A DNA stretch of 64,000 bases, from IMG/VR virus record IMGVR_UViG_3300044911_002386, positions 64,001 to 128,000 of that record; one strand, 5' to 3'. Shown here in pieces: positions 1-10,046 of the stretch. The position numbers were made by a program, and so were the translations under genes. This DNA is from a virus. Under the pieces are notes generated by a model, which saw only the letters and a list, made by a program, of their open reading frames with translations, ran no database searches and was not told where the DNA came from. Within the stretch, counting starts at the first letter, position 1; each line of letters starts with the position of its first letter.

Positions 1-735
1 GGGCGGAGCCGTCAACGCAATAGTTGTCGACATCTGATCGGATATAAGGTTGCCGGCACTATCACCGTAGATTTCGTGCATTAAAAAGTTGCCGGCTTCG
101 GTTACGATGCTTGCGTACAAATCGTTTTCAGACTGATTAGCGAAATCGAGCAATACTTTTAAACCTGTGTTTTCAAGCCGCATAACTTCGGACTCTGCGG
201 CTGTACCAACGTCTGCCGTAATTGGGGCAGCAGTTGTGCTCAGTTCTTGGGCTGTTGCAATGAGCGGGAGGTCGGTAGAGAACGCCAGGGCTTGCATGGG
301 CAACGTTGGCGTTTCTGTGCCCGCACTAATCATGTACTGAAACAGTGACCGACCTACGCTGTTGTCTGCCTGATAGTCGCCGATAATCGTAAGGCGCTGC
401 GGCGGGCCGTTTAGTTGCGTAACGGTTACTGTTTTTTTTGACGTGTCATAAAAATCAACGACGCTTAACGGCCAGTACGTCATCCGGTTATCGAGTGCAT
501 GTACGTAATCCGCTAACTCTGTCTGATGGACGTAACTCATCAACTCGCGCACGCGCAGATTGATAAAACGCGCGTCCGGATTACTGCCAAAGAGCACCCG
601 GCGTAACAATTTTAGTTCGTTAGATAACCGTACCGGCACAAACTCCAGTGGCACATATTCTGCCCCTGTGTCGCGTGTAATGTGATTGTCTTTGTAGGCT
701 TTGTTAAGTAAAAGCGTTCTTGCGTGATTAATCAT
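1..735 (-). CDS. Hypothetical protein, probably baseplate/tail-associated (runs off the window edge)
   Basis: Not in the ORF track. ATG at 735 overlaps the TGA of the upstream gene (ATGA); translates MINHARTLLLNKAYKDNHITRDTGAEYVPLEF..., read open by eye over its first ~90 codons. Lies downstream of the tape measure gene. Confidence 0.7.
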   Translation of the reverse strand, partial: MINHARTLLLNKAYKDNHITRDTGAEYVPLEFVPVRLSNELKLLRRVLFGSNPDARFINLRVRELMSYVHQTELADYVHALDNRMTYWPLSVVDFYDTSKKTVTVTQLNGPPQRLTIIGDYQADNSVGRSLFQYMISAGTETPTLPMQALAFSTDLPLIATAQELSTTAAPITADVGTAAESEVMRLENTGLKVLLDFANQSENDLYASIVTEAGNFLMHEIYGDSAGNLISDQMSTTIALTAPP

Positions 736-1232
736 TTTGTTGTGTCTTGTGGCGGGATGACATGAAACCGCAGCGACCACTGCCCAATCGGCACACCGCT
801 ATTGGCCGCGGTAACCTCTAAGCGCATTCCGGTAAGAAACGCCTGAAACGAGCCGCAATTGCTCGCGCCAATTTTAACTGCTTTTTTTAATTTGGACTGT
901 TTCTTTTCAGCGTATAACTCGTACAGGTTGCAAATTGTCGGCGGCTTTGTACCCGCCGCAGCCGGACCGCATGGTGCTGCGGCAAAAGAAATACCAGACA
1001 CGGTAATCTCGCCGATGCGGTCACCAAACGAATAAAAATACACAAAGCGATCAAGGGCGTGAAGGAACTGATAGTTGCCCTGCATTTCATGCACAAAGCC
1101 GGTCACAGGTAAGGATATAGCGGCGCCGTCAATTGTTACGTTAAAAGTTCCGCCGCCGGTGCCGCCAGAACCTTCGCACAGGTTGACGCGCACAACTGCG
1201 CCTTCGCATGGTGTAAATACAGAGGTTGCCAT
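732..1232 (-). CDS. Putative baseplate hub / tube-initiator-like protein
   Basis: 166 aa beta-rich ORF directly after the tape measure gene. YFYSFGDRIGEITVSG resembles tube-fold baseplate proteins. Function inferred from position. Confidence 0.5.
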   Translation of the reverse strand: MATSVFTPCEGAVVRVNLCEGSGGTGGGTFNVTIDGAAISLPVTGFVHEMQGNYQFLHALDRFVYFYSFGDRIGEITVSGISFAAAPCGPAAAGTKPPTICNLYELYAEKKQSKLKKAVKIGASNCGSFQAFLTGMRLEVTAANSGVPIGQWSLRFHVIPPQDTTK

Positions 1233-1242
1233 TTTCGACTCG

Positions 1243-4200
1243 TCAGGTTTTTGCGATTGTTATACCGCCAGGGTTGGTTTGCATTTGAGGCATGGTGGCT
1301 GTCAGGATTGCCCAGTCGAGCCCTACGATATTTAAGCGCCCTGTAATTTGGGTTGTGCCGCCGTCTTTACCTGCCGGTGTCGGGGCTGGTGGTGGCGTAG
1401 CCGCAACATTTGTTCCCGCAGTTTTTGCCTGGGCCACTTGTGCCGCGGAGTCTTGCACTCCTGGCTGCTCACCCGCTGTGGGTTTTTGTGCTTTAATGAC
1501 AGCAATTAGCTCGGTGAACGATTTGTTAAGTTCGCCGGCGGTCGTGGCCAGCAACTTGAACGACTCGTCAGTTGCCGCCGCAGTGTCTGCGGTTTTTTTC
1601 GTGCCGGCCTTATCGTCGACTTGTTCGCCCGTCGGCTGCCCGCTCGCCTCGCGGGCCTCTTTAACTTCCCGCTGCCGCGCGGTGTAATCTAGTACTTCTT
1701 TTTTCTTGTCGTCGCTTAAACCTAACGTGTCTAACTGCTTCAAGAACGCGTCAGAGTGTTTGCCGTCTGCACCTTTCTCTAAACTAGCGGTTACTAACTG
1801 TTCTAGTTTTTCGCCTTTTAGCGTGCCACCGGTAGCGTCTTCTAATACAGCTGCCGTGCCGCGTCGCTGATCTTCGACGGTCGCACCGATAATGCCCGCG
1901 GCCTTACGATCTTCGCGATCTGCTTTTCGGCGATTCTCCGCGATCTCGGCCTCTGTTTTACCGCGGCCTTTGCCCACCTCTGTCTCGGCGGCACTGCGCA
2001 TCTGCCCGACGGTATACTGCCCCTTATCGAGCAGATCTTGTTCACGTAAGCCGACTTCTTTAGACAGGTCAACGCCGGACGCCGACAACTCTTGTATCAT
2101 CTCGTCGTTTGTACGGCCGGTACGATCGCTGAATTTTCTTGAATAGACGGCTTTTAATTTAGCGTCGTCCATGCCTTTTAATGCTTCGGCACGTTTTGCT
2201 GATAGTTCCTGTTCGGTCACCAGCCCGTCGGCTTTCTCAAACCGCTTATCGCGGCGAGCGGCGATTGCACGGAGTTCTTCAGCCGCCGCGGCGCTTTCTT
2301 TTTTGTCGCCTGACCGGGTCTTCTGTTCGAGATCGTCTAGGTGCCGAGTGGTGACAAGGTGTTGATTTCCCGCGTCCCGCGAGGCGTTTAACTGCGGCAT
2401 CAGTTGGTCGGCCAGCGTCTCCCTAAACTTTTGATCGGGGATTATGCCAGCCAACTCTTTAATCAGGTTTTCTTTCGTAACGGCTTCGCCAGTCATACCG
2501 GTCTCAGCCAGATAATCCGACAGTCGGCCGAGCGGTGAACTATCTAATCCAAAGCCAAGCTTATATCGGCGATCGGCTTCTTCTTTTCGGGCTGTCTGTG
2601 CGTTGGCAAATTGTGCTTGCTGATCCTTGCTAAAAAGTTGATATGTGGCCACAGTGCCGCGGCCAGTTAACTGCTCAGACGAGGTGTTGAAACCCGCCAG
2701 CCGTGACTGCAGTGTTTGGTCGCGGCGATTTGGGTCATCGCCCAAGATTCCACGCACCGCGAACTCTGCTTGTTTGTTGGCTTCTGCACGGGCAGCGTCA
2801 TCGATCGTAATGCCTTGGCGCTCGGCGTCTGCGATTAATGCTGCCGCAAACTCATCTTTGATTGTCTTATTGATGTGATCGACGCGCTCTTTTTCGTCCA
2901 TGTGTGCGGTGTCAAGTGCTATCTCCGCAAACTTAGTGGCGATAACATTACGACCACGCACTGCCGCAGCGTCGCGACCATCGAGTTTATTGTCCGGGTC
3001 TTTGATATTGTCGAGGCCCTGTGCCAAGAATCCGCCAAACGCGTTACCACCCACACGCTCTAAATATTCTTGCCGCATGGTTCGCATGGCAGCACCCGAC
3101 TGGCTGTACTCCATGGTGGCCGAGTCAGCATGTAACGTCATGAACTCTTGATGCGTCATGCCGCCGGTTGCCGCAATACGCGACGCCTCTCGGAAGCCGC
3201 CGGTGCCAAGTTGCTCGTAAATATTGCCGGTTTTTACAACGTTACCGCTAGCGTCTTTAACTTCGTAGTTACCGTCGCCGCCTTCCTTGAGCGAATTAAC
3301 AGCTGCTTCCAATTCTGTGCCGGCATACTTGCTCGGATCTAACTCGTACGCACGGACCAATGCGGCGACAGACTTGGCGTTTGACGAGCCTTCGCCGCGG
3401 GCGGCCAACATGCCCGCCTGCTGTAACGCCTCTTCTTGGCTCATTGCGCCGTAGCGTTCAATAGATAATGCACCGCTCTGTCGCATTGACTGCACCATAG
3501 TTAGTGCTTCATTGACGGCATTCATTTTTGACGGGCCGGACAATCCAAGTGTGTCGCCGTACGCGCCCACAGATGCGGAGAAGCCTGCCAACTGGTCAAA
3601 GCCCATGCCGATCTCTTTAGCTGTCCCGCGCATCTCACGCATAATGCCAGCAACTCTTCCCGCGCCGACTTGGTGCATCGAGCCATGGCTTAAGTGATCG
3701 AGAGCCGCAAGCAGGGCGGGCACGGGAGCGTTTGGATTACCGCTGTCTCCGAAAATCTCTCTAATCGCGGCTAATGCTTCTGTGTGCTTTTTGACCGCAT
3801 TACCCGCTTTACTTGCGTCGACCTGGTTAGCGACGACGTCCATGCCTTCAAGTTGCAGTAAATCTTCAGGGTTCGCCGTGCCGACAGCGCCCTTTAACTG
3901 CGACATATTAAATCGCAGTTGACCTTTGAAGTCTTCCGTGTTGTCATCAAGCACTTTATTTTGTTTAACGATATCTGTGCCTGCGGCTCTGAACGCGGCA
4001 CCGGCGTCTGAATTACGGCCACCGCCTTCTGTTAAATAGTGTCGCCCATATTCTTTGGCGAGCCTGGTAAGCGTCTCGTCATCCATATTTTGATCGGCCA
4101 GCACTTTGACGCGCTCAGCCGGCGACAAGGCGCCGATGCTTTGCGGTAACAAACCTTTTTGAAATAAGTTCTCAGTGACTGTTGCCGCCTGTGACGCGGA

Positions 4201-5115
4201 GAAGCCGTGCATGCTATCAAGCCCGGCACGCTTTGCTTTTCGCTCCATACCGCCGAACGTCACCTCGTCTGCCGAAAGAACGTTGGCGTCATTTACAGCA
4301 CGATCAAATTTTGTAAGGGCTGCCGCTTTATCGGTTACTGTTGTCGCGGTGCCGCTTGGCTGATATCGCTTATACAGATCATTTACGCGGTCTTCTCCCT
4401 GATCGATAAGACGCTGGCTTACTTCGTCGTCGCGTACAATTCTTGAACTCTCAGCACGAGCGGCTTTTTGTAACGCTGCAGTCTGAGTTGGATCACCTGC
4501 CCGAGCATCGGCCACCATTTTTTCTACGTCCCCGGCAGGTTCGTACATAGTCGCGTACATACCGCGGGAAAAAGACTCTAGCGACCGGGCACTCATTTTT
4601 TTCGCGCCAGTAAGTGCGTCAGGCCGGTAATACCCAATACGGTTCGCGGCAGCGGCCATAGCCATGGGGTCGCCGGCACTGCCGAACATAATTTGCTCAA
4701 GATTCTCAGGGCCGACCATCATGCCCACCAGACCTTTAACTGTGGGGTCGTTTAACATTTGGGCCATGTTTAAAGCCTGGCCTCGATTTAAATCAGAGGC
4801 CGGCTTGTCAGTAACCATGCCGCGGGTGCCTAATAGCACATTGGCAAACCGCTGGTCACCTGCGGCGTTTGTTCTGTATAAATTTTGCTGGCTGCGGTTA
4901 AAGTACTCCCGCATTATGAACTGGTCGGCTTTGGCCTGCCCGGGGAACTGATGCGGCAAAAAATTGGTGGGGCCAGCAAATTGCTGCAAATAACTCGTCA
5001 TTAACGGGCCCGCAATAGCACCAAAGCCAGACGGGTTAAAACCCATGCTCATAGCCGGGTTGTAGGGTGCGGCGTATGTCCACGGCACGGGGCCGGGTGC
5101 TTGGAACCCATTCAT
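1243..5115 (-). CDS. Tail tape measure protein (putative)
   Basis: 1290 aa, Ala/Gly/Gln-rich and predicted helical; follows the overlapping chaperone-like ORF pair, downstream of sheath and tube. Confidence 0.75.
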   Translation of the reverse strand: MNGFQAPGPVPWTYAAPYNPAMSMGFNPSGFGAIAGPLMTSYLQQFAGPTNFLPHQFPGQAKADQFIMREYFNRSQQNLYRTNAAGDQRFANVLLGTRGMVTDKPASDLNRGQALNMAQMLNDPTVKGLVGMMVGPENLEQIMFGSAGDPMAMAAAANRIGYYRPDALTGAKKMSARSLESFSRGMYATMYEPAGDVEKMVADARAGDPTQTAALQKAARAESSRIVRDDEVSQRLIDQGEDRVNDLYKRYQPSGTATTVTDKAAALTKFDRAVNDANVLSADEVTFGGMERKAKRAGLDSMHGFSASQAATVTENLFQKGLLPQSIGALSPAERVKVLADQNMDDETLTRLAKEYGRHYLTEGGGRNSDAGAAFRAAGTDIVKQNKVLDDNTEDFKGQLRFNMSQLKGAVGTANPEDLLQLEGMDVVANQVDASKAGNAVKKHTEALAAIREIFGDSGNPNAPVPALLAALDHLSHGSMHQVGAGRVAGIMREMRGTAKEIGMGFDQLAGFSASVGAYGDTLGLSGPSKMNAVNEALTMVQSMRQSGALSIERYGAMSQEEALQQAGMLAARGEGSSNAKSVAALVRAYELDPSKYAGTELEAAVNSLKEGGDGNYEVKDASGNVVKTGNIYEQLGTGGFREASRIAATGGMTHQEFMTLHADSATMEYSQSGAAMRTMRQEYLERVGGNAFGGFLAQGLDNIKDPDNKLDGRDAAAVRGRNVIATKFAEIALDTAHMDEKERVDHINKTIKDEFAAALIADAERQGITIDDAARAEANKQAEFAVRGILGDDPNRRDQTLQSRLAGFNTSSEQLTGRGTVATYQLFSKDQQAQFANAQTARKEEADRRYKLGFGLDSSPLGRLSDYLAETGMTGEAVTKENLIKELAGIIPDQKFRETLADQLMPQLNASRDAGNQHLVTTRHLDDLEQKTRSGDKKESAAAAEELRAIAARRDKRFEKADGLVTEQELSAKRAEALKGMDDAKLKAVYSRKFSDRTGRTNDEMIQELSASGVDLSKEVGLREQDLLDKGQYTVGQMRSAAETEVGKGRGKTEAEIAENRRKADREDRKAAGIIGATVEDQRRGTAAVLEDATGGTLKGEKLEQLVTASLEKGADGKHSDAFLKQLDTLGLSDDKKKEVLDYTARQREVKEAREASGQPTGEQVDDKAGTKKTADTAAATDESFKLLATTAGELNKSFTELIAVIKAQKPTAGEQPGVQDSAAQVAQAKTAGTNVAATPPPAPTPAGKDGGTTQITGRLNIVGLDWAILTATMPQMQTNPGGITIAKT

Positions 5116-5507
5116 TTTTGTTCGTCTCCGCCGCCAAATTCGCGCTTATATTGCTCTACAAGTTTCTGCGTTTCTGCATCTAACATTGTATCGTTTTGAA
5201 GCAGTTGTTTAGGCTCAGTCTTTTCGACCCACGGCAAAATTAACTCCTGCAGGCGGTCGAGGGCCTCGTTCGCCTGGCTTTTTACGGAGTCAAAGCTTTC
5301 TGGCGTGAGCCGGCCGTGCGATATGTACGCCAGCCACTGCTGGTGTATCGCCGTGTGGATCTGCAGATCCTCTTGGCGCTGTATTTCACGCAGCACCAGG
5401 TTTTGCTTTAACCGCCAGTTTCTGTCCGTGGGATCGGCTCGGGAGTAGTCAATTGCCCCCGATACTGCAGCCCGCACCATGTAGGCTGCTATTCGATCCC
5501 GGTCCAA
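5112..5507 (-). CDS. Tail assembly chaperone, C-terminal (gpT-like) frame
   Basis: Overlaps the end of 5489..6496 in the -1 frame, has only a TTG start in the overlap, and its stop overlaps the tape measure start. Confidence 0.65.
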   Translation of the reverse strand: MDRDRIAAYMVRAAVSGAIDYSRADPTDRNWRLKQNLVLREIQRQEDLQIHTAIHQQWLAYISHGRLTPESFDSVKSQANEALDRLQELILPWVEKTEPKQLLQNDTMLDAETQKLVEQYKREFGGGDEQK

Positions 5508-6496
5508 AAACTTGGTTCTAACGCCATGGCTTCAAGTGCCTCAACAAGCCGCTGAAATTGTCGGAGGTGCGTTCCGACAAGCCGCTTGGTGACTTCTTGT
5601 GCCAATACTTTTGTATTTACGTAATCCAGCGTTGCTACTAATGGTGTCGCCAGCGGGTTGTCCTTGTCAGGCGTAAACGGCATTTCAGCCATCTCCGGCA
5701 CGACCGAGATTAATTTGCCGTCTTTATCGGCAAGGCTCTCTACGGAACAAGCCAGCCGGTAGTCCATCATCTGCGCGAACCACTCCGCCTCAGAGTTAAC
5801 AACCCCCTGCTGCTGGTCGATAATTAACTGCTTATAAATGGCTTTGGTTTCTTCTGTCAGAAGTGCCCGTAGCGTCACCCTGAGTTTCCCGCCAAAGAGC
5901 TCAAAAGTTCGTTTAAATCGCGTGTTGCCCAGCAGGCAAGCCACAAAATCTTCTTTGTCCCTGTCGGTAGCGTTTACGTCATACTTCTGTCGCATGTCCC
6001 AGCCACAGCGCGGGCAAAACGGCATAAAGGCCATTGCCGGCATCAGGGCCTCGTCCACTGAATCGGGCACTACAGGTGCCTCTGGCTGCGGTGCGGGCTT
6101 TGGTGCCGGGGCTGCCTCTGCTGCTGGAGTGGAAGCCATCGTCGCCCGGTCATCTACGATTTGCGGGCCTAAAATTTGTTCAACGGCCGCGGCGACATTC
6201 GGCGCCATACCCTCGGTTACGCTTTGTAGTTCTTTCTGTCGCGCCTGCCGTGCCTTTTCTTTGTCGCCAATGACGCGGGCTTCGGCGAGCATCGCGTTCA
6301 CCTGTGCGACGGCCTCGGCAGGCATTTTTTCAGCGTCTATCAACACGTCAGTGCGCGAGGACGCTGGAATCGTTTCTTTAGTTTTCAACAGAAAATCGCC
6401 AAGCGTCGCCGGGATTGGATCGCCGTCTTTCCAATTAAACTGCAGCAGCGTTTTTTTTGTGAAATCCGACAGGTACGGGTTTTCAACCAGTTCCAT
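5489..6496 (-). CDS. Tail assembly chaperone (gpG-like)
   Basis: 335 aa with a GAGGAG RBS, a CPRC motif and a helical C-terminal domain ending at a T-run; lies upstream of the tape measure gene. Confidence 0.6.
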   Translation of the reverse strand: MELVENPYLSDFTKKTLLQFNWKDGDPIPATLGDFLLKTKETIPASSRTDVLIDAEKMPAEAVAQVNAMLAEARVIGDKEKARQARQKELQSVTEGMAPNVAAAVEQILGPQIVDDRATMASTPAAEAAPAPKPAPQPEAPVVPDSVDEALMPAMAFMPFCPRCGWDMRQKYDVNATDRDKEDFVACLLGNTRFKRTFELFGGKLRVTLRALLTEETKAIYKQLIIDQQQGVVNSEAEWFAQMMDYRLACSVESLADKDGKLISVVPEMAEMPFTPDKDNPLATPLVATLDYVNTKVLAQEVTKRLVGTHLRQFQRLVEALEAMALEPSFWTGIE

Positions 6497-6511
6497 GTTT
6501 GCTCCTCGTTA

Positions 6512-9409
6512 TTAGTCGCGACCAATGATTGGGTACATGCCGTTGATTTTCTGTTTTTTAATCTCTTTGAATTCGGGATTACGGTACTCTTCCGCCAGCG
6601 TTCCTTGGTTCCCGCGATCTTTATCGCGCATGCTTCCGCCGGCGGACGTAACGATATTAAAGTCAACCATAGCGAAGCCCTCAGACTCCAGCCATTTCTT
6701 TCCCGGAAACGGATACGTCGGTCCGCAAGAAACATTCGTAACCGGTTTCTCGGTCCAACGTTTTGGAATGTCGCCCGTGAGGCGGGCCATCTGCTGCCAG
6801 CGATCTTCGAACAATAAGAAGTCTGGAATTTTGTATTGTTCGTCGGTACGGAACGAGAACTCCATGATGTCCATCGTTCCGGCATTGCCCGGCCGGCCAG
6901 TTTTGTACCAAAGTTGTTCCAGCATTTGATCGTCGATTTGATCAGCAATCTTTGGCAGTTCTTTTTCAATAAGTTGTTTCACCGTATCAAGTGCTGGCAA
7001 TGCTTGATCAGCACAGTCGCCGTCACATGGGGCAACGAAGATCATTCCCTTCGCGGCTTGGCCCGTAAAAATATGGCCATTTTGACTGGCACACAATATG
7101 CTGCCGTCCAAGATCATATTGCCGCCAGCAATAATGTCTCGGTCTGTCATGACTGGGCCGCAAAGCAGCGTGGCACTGCTTCTGAAGGCATTTGCTTTTT
7201 TCGTTTCGTCGTCGGCACCAGCACGGAAGAAGTGGAGGATCTGCCCGTTTTGCCCAACGTAGTTAAACAGGTTATTGGACTTTGTGACGATGTCTGCTTC
7301 GCCGCGGCCGGCGTCAATTGTGATATTGCCCGGTTTAATTTTGCTCCCGCCGCCGCCAGTGCGAAGGTAGATCTTTTCGCCCAGTGCGACGACTTCAGAC
7401 TTCGGCGCCCTAAGCACTATGCCGCCGAAGATAACGTCGTCGCCGCATTCTTCAAATTTGTATACGGGACTTTTTGCACGGCTTTCAATAAGCACGCCGC
7501 CCTCTTTTTGAGACGAGTCGTTGCCGGCGAGCAGCATGAGGTTTTGCTCGCTTTTAATACGCACGTTTTTCTCTGTCGTTGAGATGTCGACATCGTCTAC
7601 TGCTCGCACAATGCAGTCGGCTCCGGACCACAGTTGCGTAGAGCGACCAGACTTGAGCCACACGTCGCCGGGCGCGGACATCGTAAGACAGCCGGCAGAC
7701 ATCTTTATTTCTGCGCCGTAACCATCTGTAATTACAACACTGCCGTCTTCAAGCAACGAGATCGAACTTTCCGACTCGTAAAACTTTTGTGTTTTATAGC
7801 GGTGGTCTACGCGTATTTGCTTGGGTTGCGGCTCCGGCAAATACATTTTTGATTTAAGCGTTGAAAAACTTGGAATCTTGTGGTTATATTGTGCGTGCTT
7901 TAGCTCGCTTTGCTGCCACAGTTTGAAATCTTTCGTGTGCCAGTGGAACGGATGTATTCCAGCGTAATTAAACAAATACCCATGCAAGTCAAGAACAGCA
8001 CTAGCTCGTTGAAGATGGGGGTGATCACCGCTAGTCTTTATGTCGCCTGTTATCTCATGCTCTGGGCCTGCGCCTGTTTTGCCGCATGCCTTATAATTTG
8101 TCTCGGCATCGTCCCCTTTACTATCCTCCGGGCGGCGAAGACGTGTTGGCATAGGAAGCAACATTCGCTTCGCTAACACAATACCTTTTGCCGACGCAAT
8201 GAACCTGCGGCCGTCCATTGCGATATTGTCTTCGTGCAGACCAACACATGGCTTAAGTTCCATCGTGTTCGTGTCTGGATTGCTTCCGCCGCCGCCGGTA
8301 CACGGATTTTCGTAATCTTGGCTTCTTACCGTGGCCTCATATACCTTGCCCGCATCTCCGCCGCCTGTTTTTTCGTACGTCCATACGTTTACGCCTTCAG
8401 GTGGGGCGTGTAAAACATAGCGACCGCCTTGGCCGAGATAGCCGTAAAAATGTTGCGTCCGATGGTATGGCTGCTGGTAAAGATTTTTACTTTCCCAGTG
8501 CGCGAAGTATGGCTTAGCGTTCGGGCAGTGGATGTCTTCGAATTGAAACTCTTTAATGGTCGGCTGCCCTGGCGTAAGTATGCCGACAGCCTCCCACGGA
8601 AAAGCCGTGTAACCTTGAATGTCGTTGTACTCGGCTTGGTCCATGAACGCATCACGCTCATGGCCGGCAGTCCAAAGTTGGAATTGCGTGCCAGCAACAC
8701 GTAGCAAACTGTCATGATAAAAACTGAACACGCCGCAAAACTCATTCACCGATAACTGTGCCATAAAGTCATCGACAGTAACTGCAACACCTGTTGTGCT
8801 CACCGCACCCCACTCGCCTCCAAGCGTGGCGTCAAAAGGTTTCAGTGCACTGTAGTTAGCTAAGTTGCTGCTATTCGGCTGCTTGATGTGGACTTTGTGG
8901 GCTTCGTCTACGCGCTTTCTGGACGCTTGCGTAATGTAAGGATTAACAGCGCGTTTGCCGGTATCGTACGGGTCGGGAATAGCGCCGATGATGTAATACT
9001 TGTTTATCTTGTCGTGCCACATCACCATGACACATGTGCCAAGGCAATAGTGCTGCAGTTCTGTTGGGCCAAAGAAGCCCTGCGTTGTACCGCAAACGGC
9101 GGTCGCTAGAATCGGGCATATTGCTTTTTCAAGATGCACGCGATACGAATTTACAATTGGCGTGCCGTCAAGAATCCAGCCAATTAAAATACGCCCGCCT
9201 TCTTGCAGGCCGTTTTCGTAACTGCTAAGTTTTTGAAACGGGTCGGCTACGGAGTCAGTCTGCGCTCCGTACGCGGCGTTAGCGCCCTTAGCGGCGTACT
9301 GCGTATTGTTCTGAAGAATACGCGTGTGAATCGTGTTGTCGGTAAACTGGGCTGCCGGCGAAATGGGTCTAATACCCACTGGCGTAGGCTGATCACTCAT
9401 GTTGTCCAC
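6512..9409 (-). CDS. Baseplate central spike / Gp5-VgrG-like protein (putative)
   Basis: 965 aa with repetitive short beta-strand segments (SISLLEDGSVVITDGYGAEIKMSAGCLTMSAPGDVWLKSG...VDISTTEKNVRIKSEQN) typical of spike beta-helices; within the tail operon. Confidence 0.55.
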   Translation of the reverse strand: MDNMSDQPTPVGIRPISPAAQFTDNTIHTRILQNNTQYAAKGANAAYGAQTDSVADPFQKLSSYENGLQEGGRILIGWILDGTPIVNSYRVHLEKAICPILATAVCGTTQGFFGPTELQHYCLGTCVMVMWHDKINKYYIIGAIPDPYDTGKRAVNPYITQASRKRVDEAHKVHIKQPNSSNLANYSALKPFDATLGGEWGAVSTTGVAVTVDDFMAQLSVNEFCGVFSFYHDSLLRVAGTQFQLWTAGHERDAFMDQAEYNDIQGYTAFPWEAVGILTPGQPTIKEFQFEDIHCPNAKPYFAHWESKNLYQQPYHRTQHFYGYLGQGGRYVLHAPPEGVNVWTYEKTGGGDAGKVYEATVRSQDYENPCTGGGGSNPDTNTMELKPCVGLHEDNIAMDGRRFIASAKGIVLAKRMLLPMPTRLRRPEDSKGDDAETNYKACGKTGAGPEHEITGDIKTSGDHPHLQRASAVLDLHGYLFNYAGIHPFHWHTKDFKLWQQSELKHAQYNHKIPSFSTLKSKMYLPEPQPKQIRVDHRYKTQKFYESESSISLLEDGSVVITDGYGAEIKMSAGCLTMSAPGDVWLKSGRSTQLWSGADCIVRAVDDVDISTTEKNVRIKSEQNLMLLAGNDSSQKEGGVLIESRAKSPVYKFEECGDDVIFGGIVLRAPKSEVVALGEKIYLRTGGGGSKIKPGNITIDAGRGEADIVTKSNNLFNYVGQNGQILHFFRAGADDETKKANAFRSSATLLCGPVMTDRDIIAGGNMILDGSILCASQNGHIFTGQAAKGMIFVAPCDGDCADQALPALDTVKQLIEKELPKIADQIDDQMLEQLWYKTGRPGNAGTMDIMEFSFRTDEQYKIPDFLLFEDRWQQMARLTGDIPKRWTEKPVTNVSCGPTYPFPGKKWLESEGFAMVDFNIVTSAGGSMRDKDRGNQGTLAEEYRNPEFKEIKKQKINGMYPIIGRD

Positions 9410-9458
9410 CTTTCGGTGTGGTTACGGGCCTAAGCCCCAGGCGTTGCCGCCTATACCA

Positions 9459-9493
9459 TAAACGGCGGCTGCGTAAAACGCAACCGCCGTTTT
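9459..9493 (-). terminator. Intrinsic terminator-like hairpin after the tail tube gene
   Basis: AACGGCGGCTGCG-taaaa-CGCAACCGCCGTT, 13-bp stem with one G-U/mismatch; short T-runs on both sides. Confidence 0.65.
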
Positions 9494-9520
9494 CTGGTTA
9501 TACGCTGTCTAATCTACTGC

Positions 9521-10027
9521 TTACGCCTTCTCGTAACCGAGATCCGTAAACATGAAACCGAGCGATTCGTTAATTACAACATCGTTCGCCGAAACCGACG
9601 CACCGACAGAGTTCAAAGTCGCACTAATGAGCGTGTACTTCACGCCACCAGCCTCGCCGCAGCTCTCGCCTTTGCAAGAAGCCTGCGCCGCGTTTAAATA
9701 AAGGTTCTTCGGATTGCAGATGTTGCCAAACTTTGTAGCCAAGTCGCGGAATGTGTCAGAGCCGGAAACGACGCGGTTAAACGTCGCGTTACCCTGCCGA
9801 CGACCGCCAACGTAGTACACAAGCGACGAGCCAATCTCGTACAGCATGTTTACATTACGTTGAATTTGAAACTGCACTTGTTGCACTAAAGCTCCGCCGT
9901 TTGCACCGCCGTTGCCCGCGCCGCCAGAATCCTGCGACCACGTGAGCTTAACGTTATCGGCTAAAAACGAACCGCCGTGCGTCTGGTCTTCACCGCATGT
10001 GTTTGCGAAAACACTTGTTTTTGCCAT
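9521..10027 (-). CDS. Tail tube protein
   Basis: 168 aa directly after the sheath, AAGGAG RBS; QQVQFQIQRNVNMLYEIGS...G.ATFNRV pattern of contractile tail tube proteins. Confidence 0.8.
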   Translation of the reverse strand: MAKTSVFANTCGEDQTHGGSFLADNVKLTWSQDSGGAGNGGANGGALVQQVQFQIQRNVNMLYEIGSSLVYYVGGRRQGNATFNRVVSGSDTFRDLATKFGNICNPKNLYLNAAQASCKGESCGEAGGVKYTLISATLNSVGASVSANDVVINESLGFMFTDLGYEKA

Positions 10028-10046
10028 ACCTTAACTCCTTGTGTAA

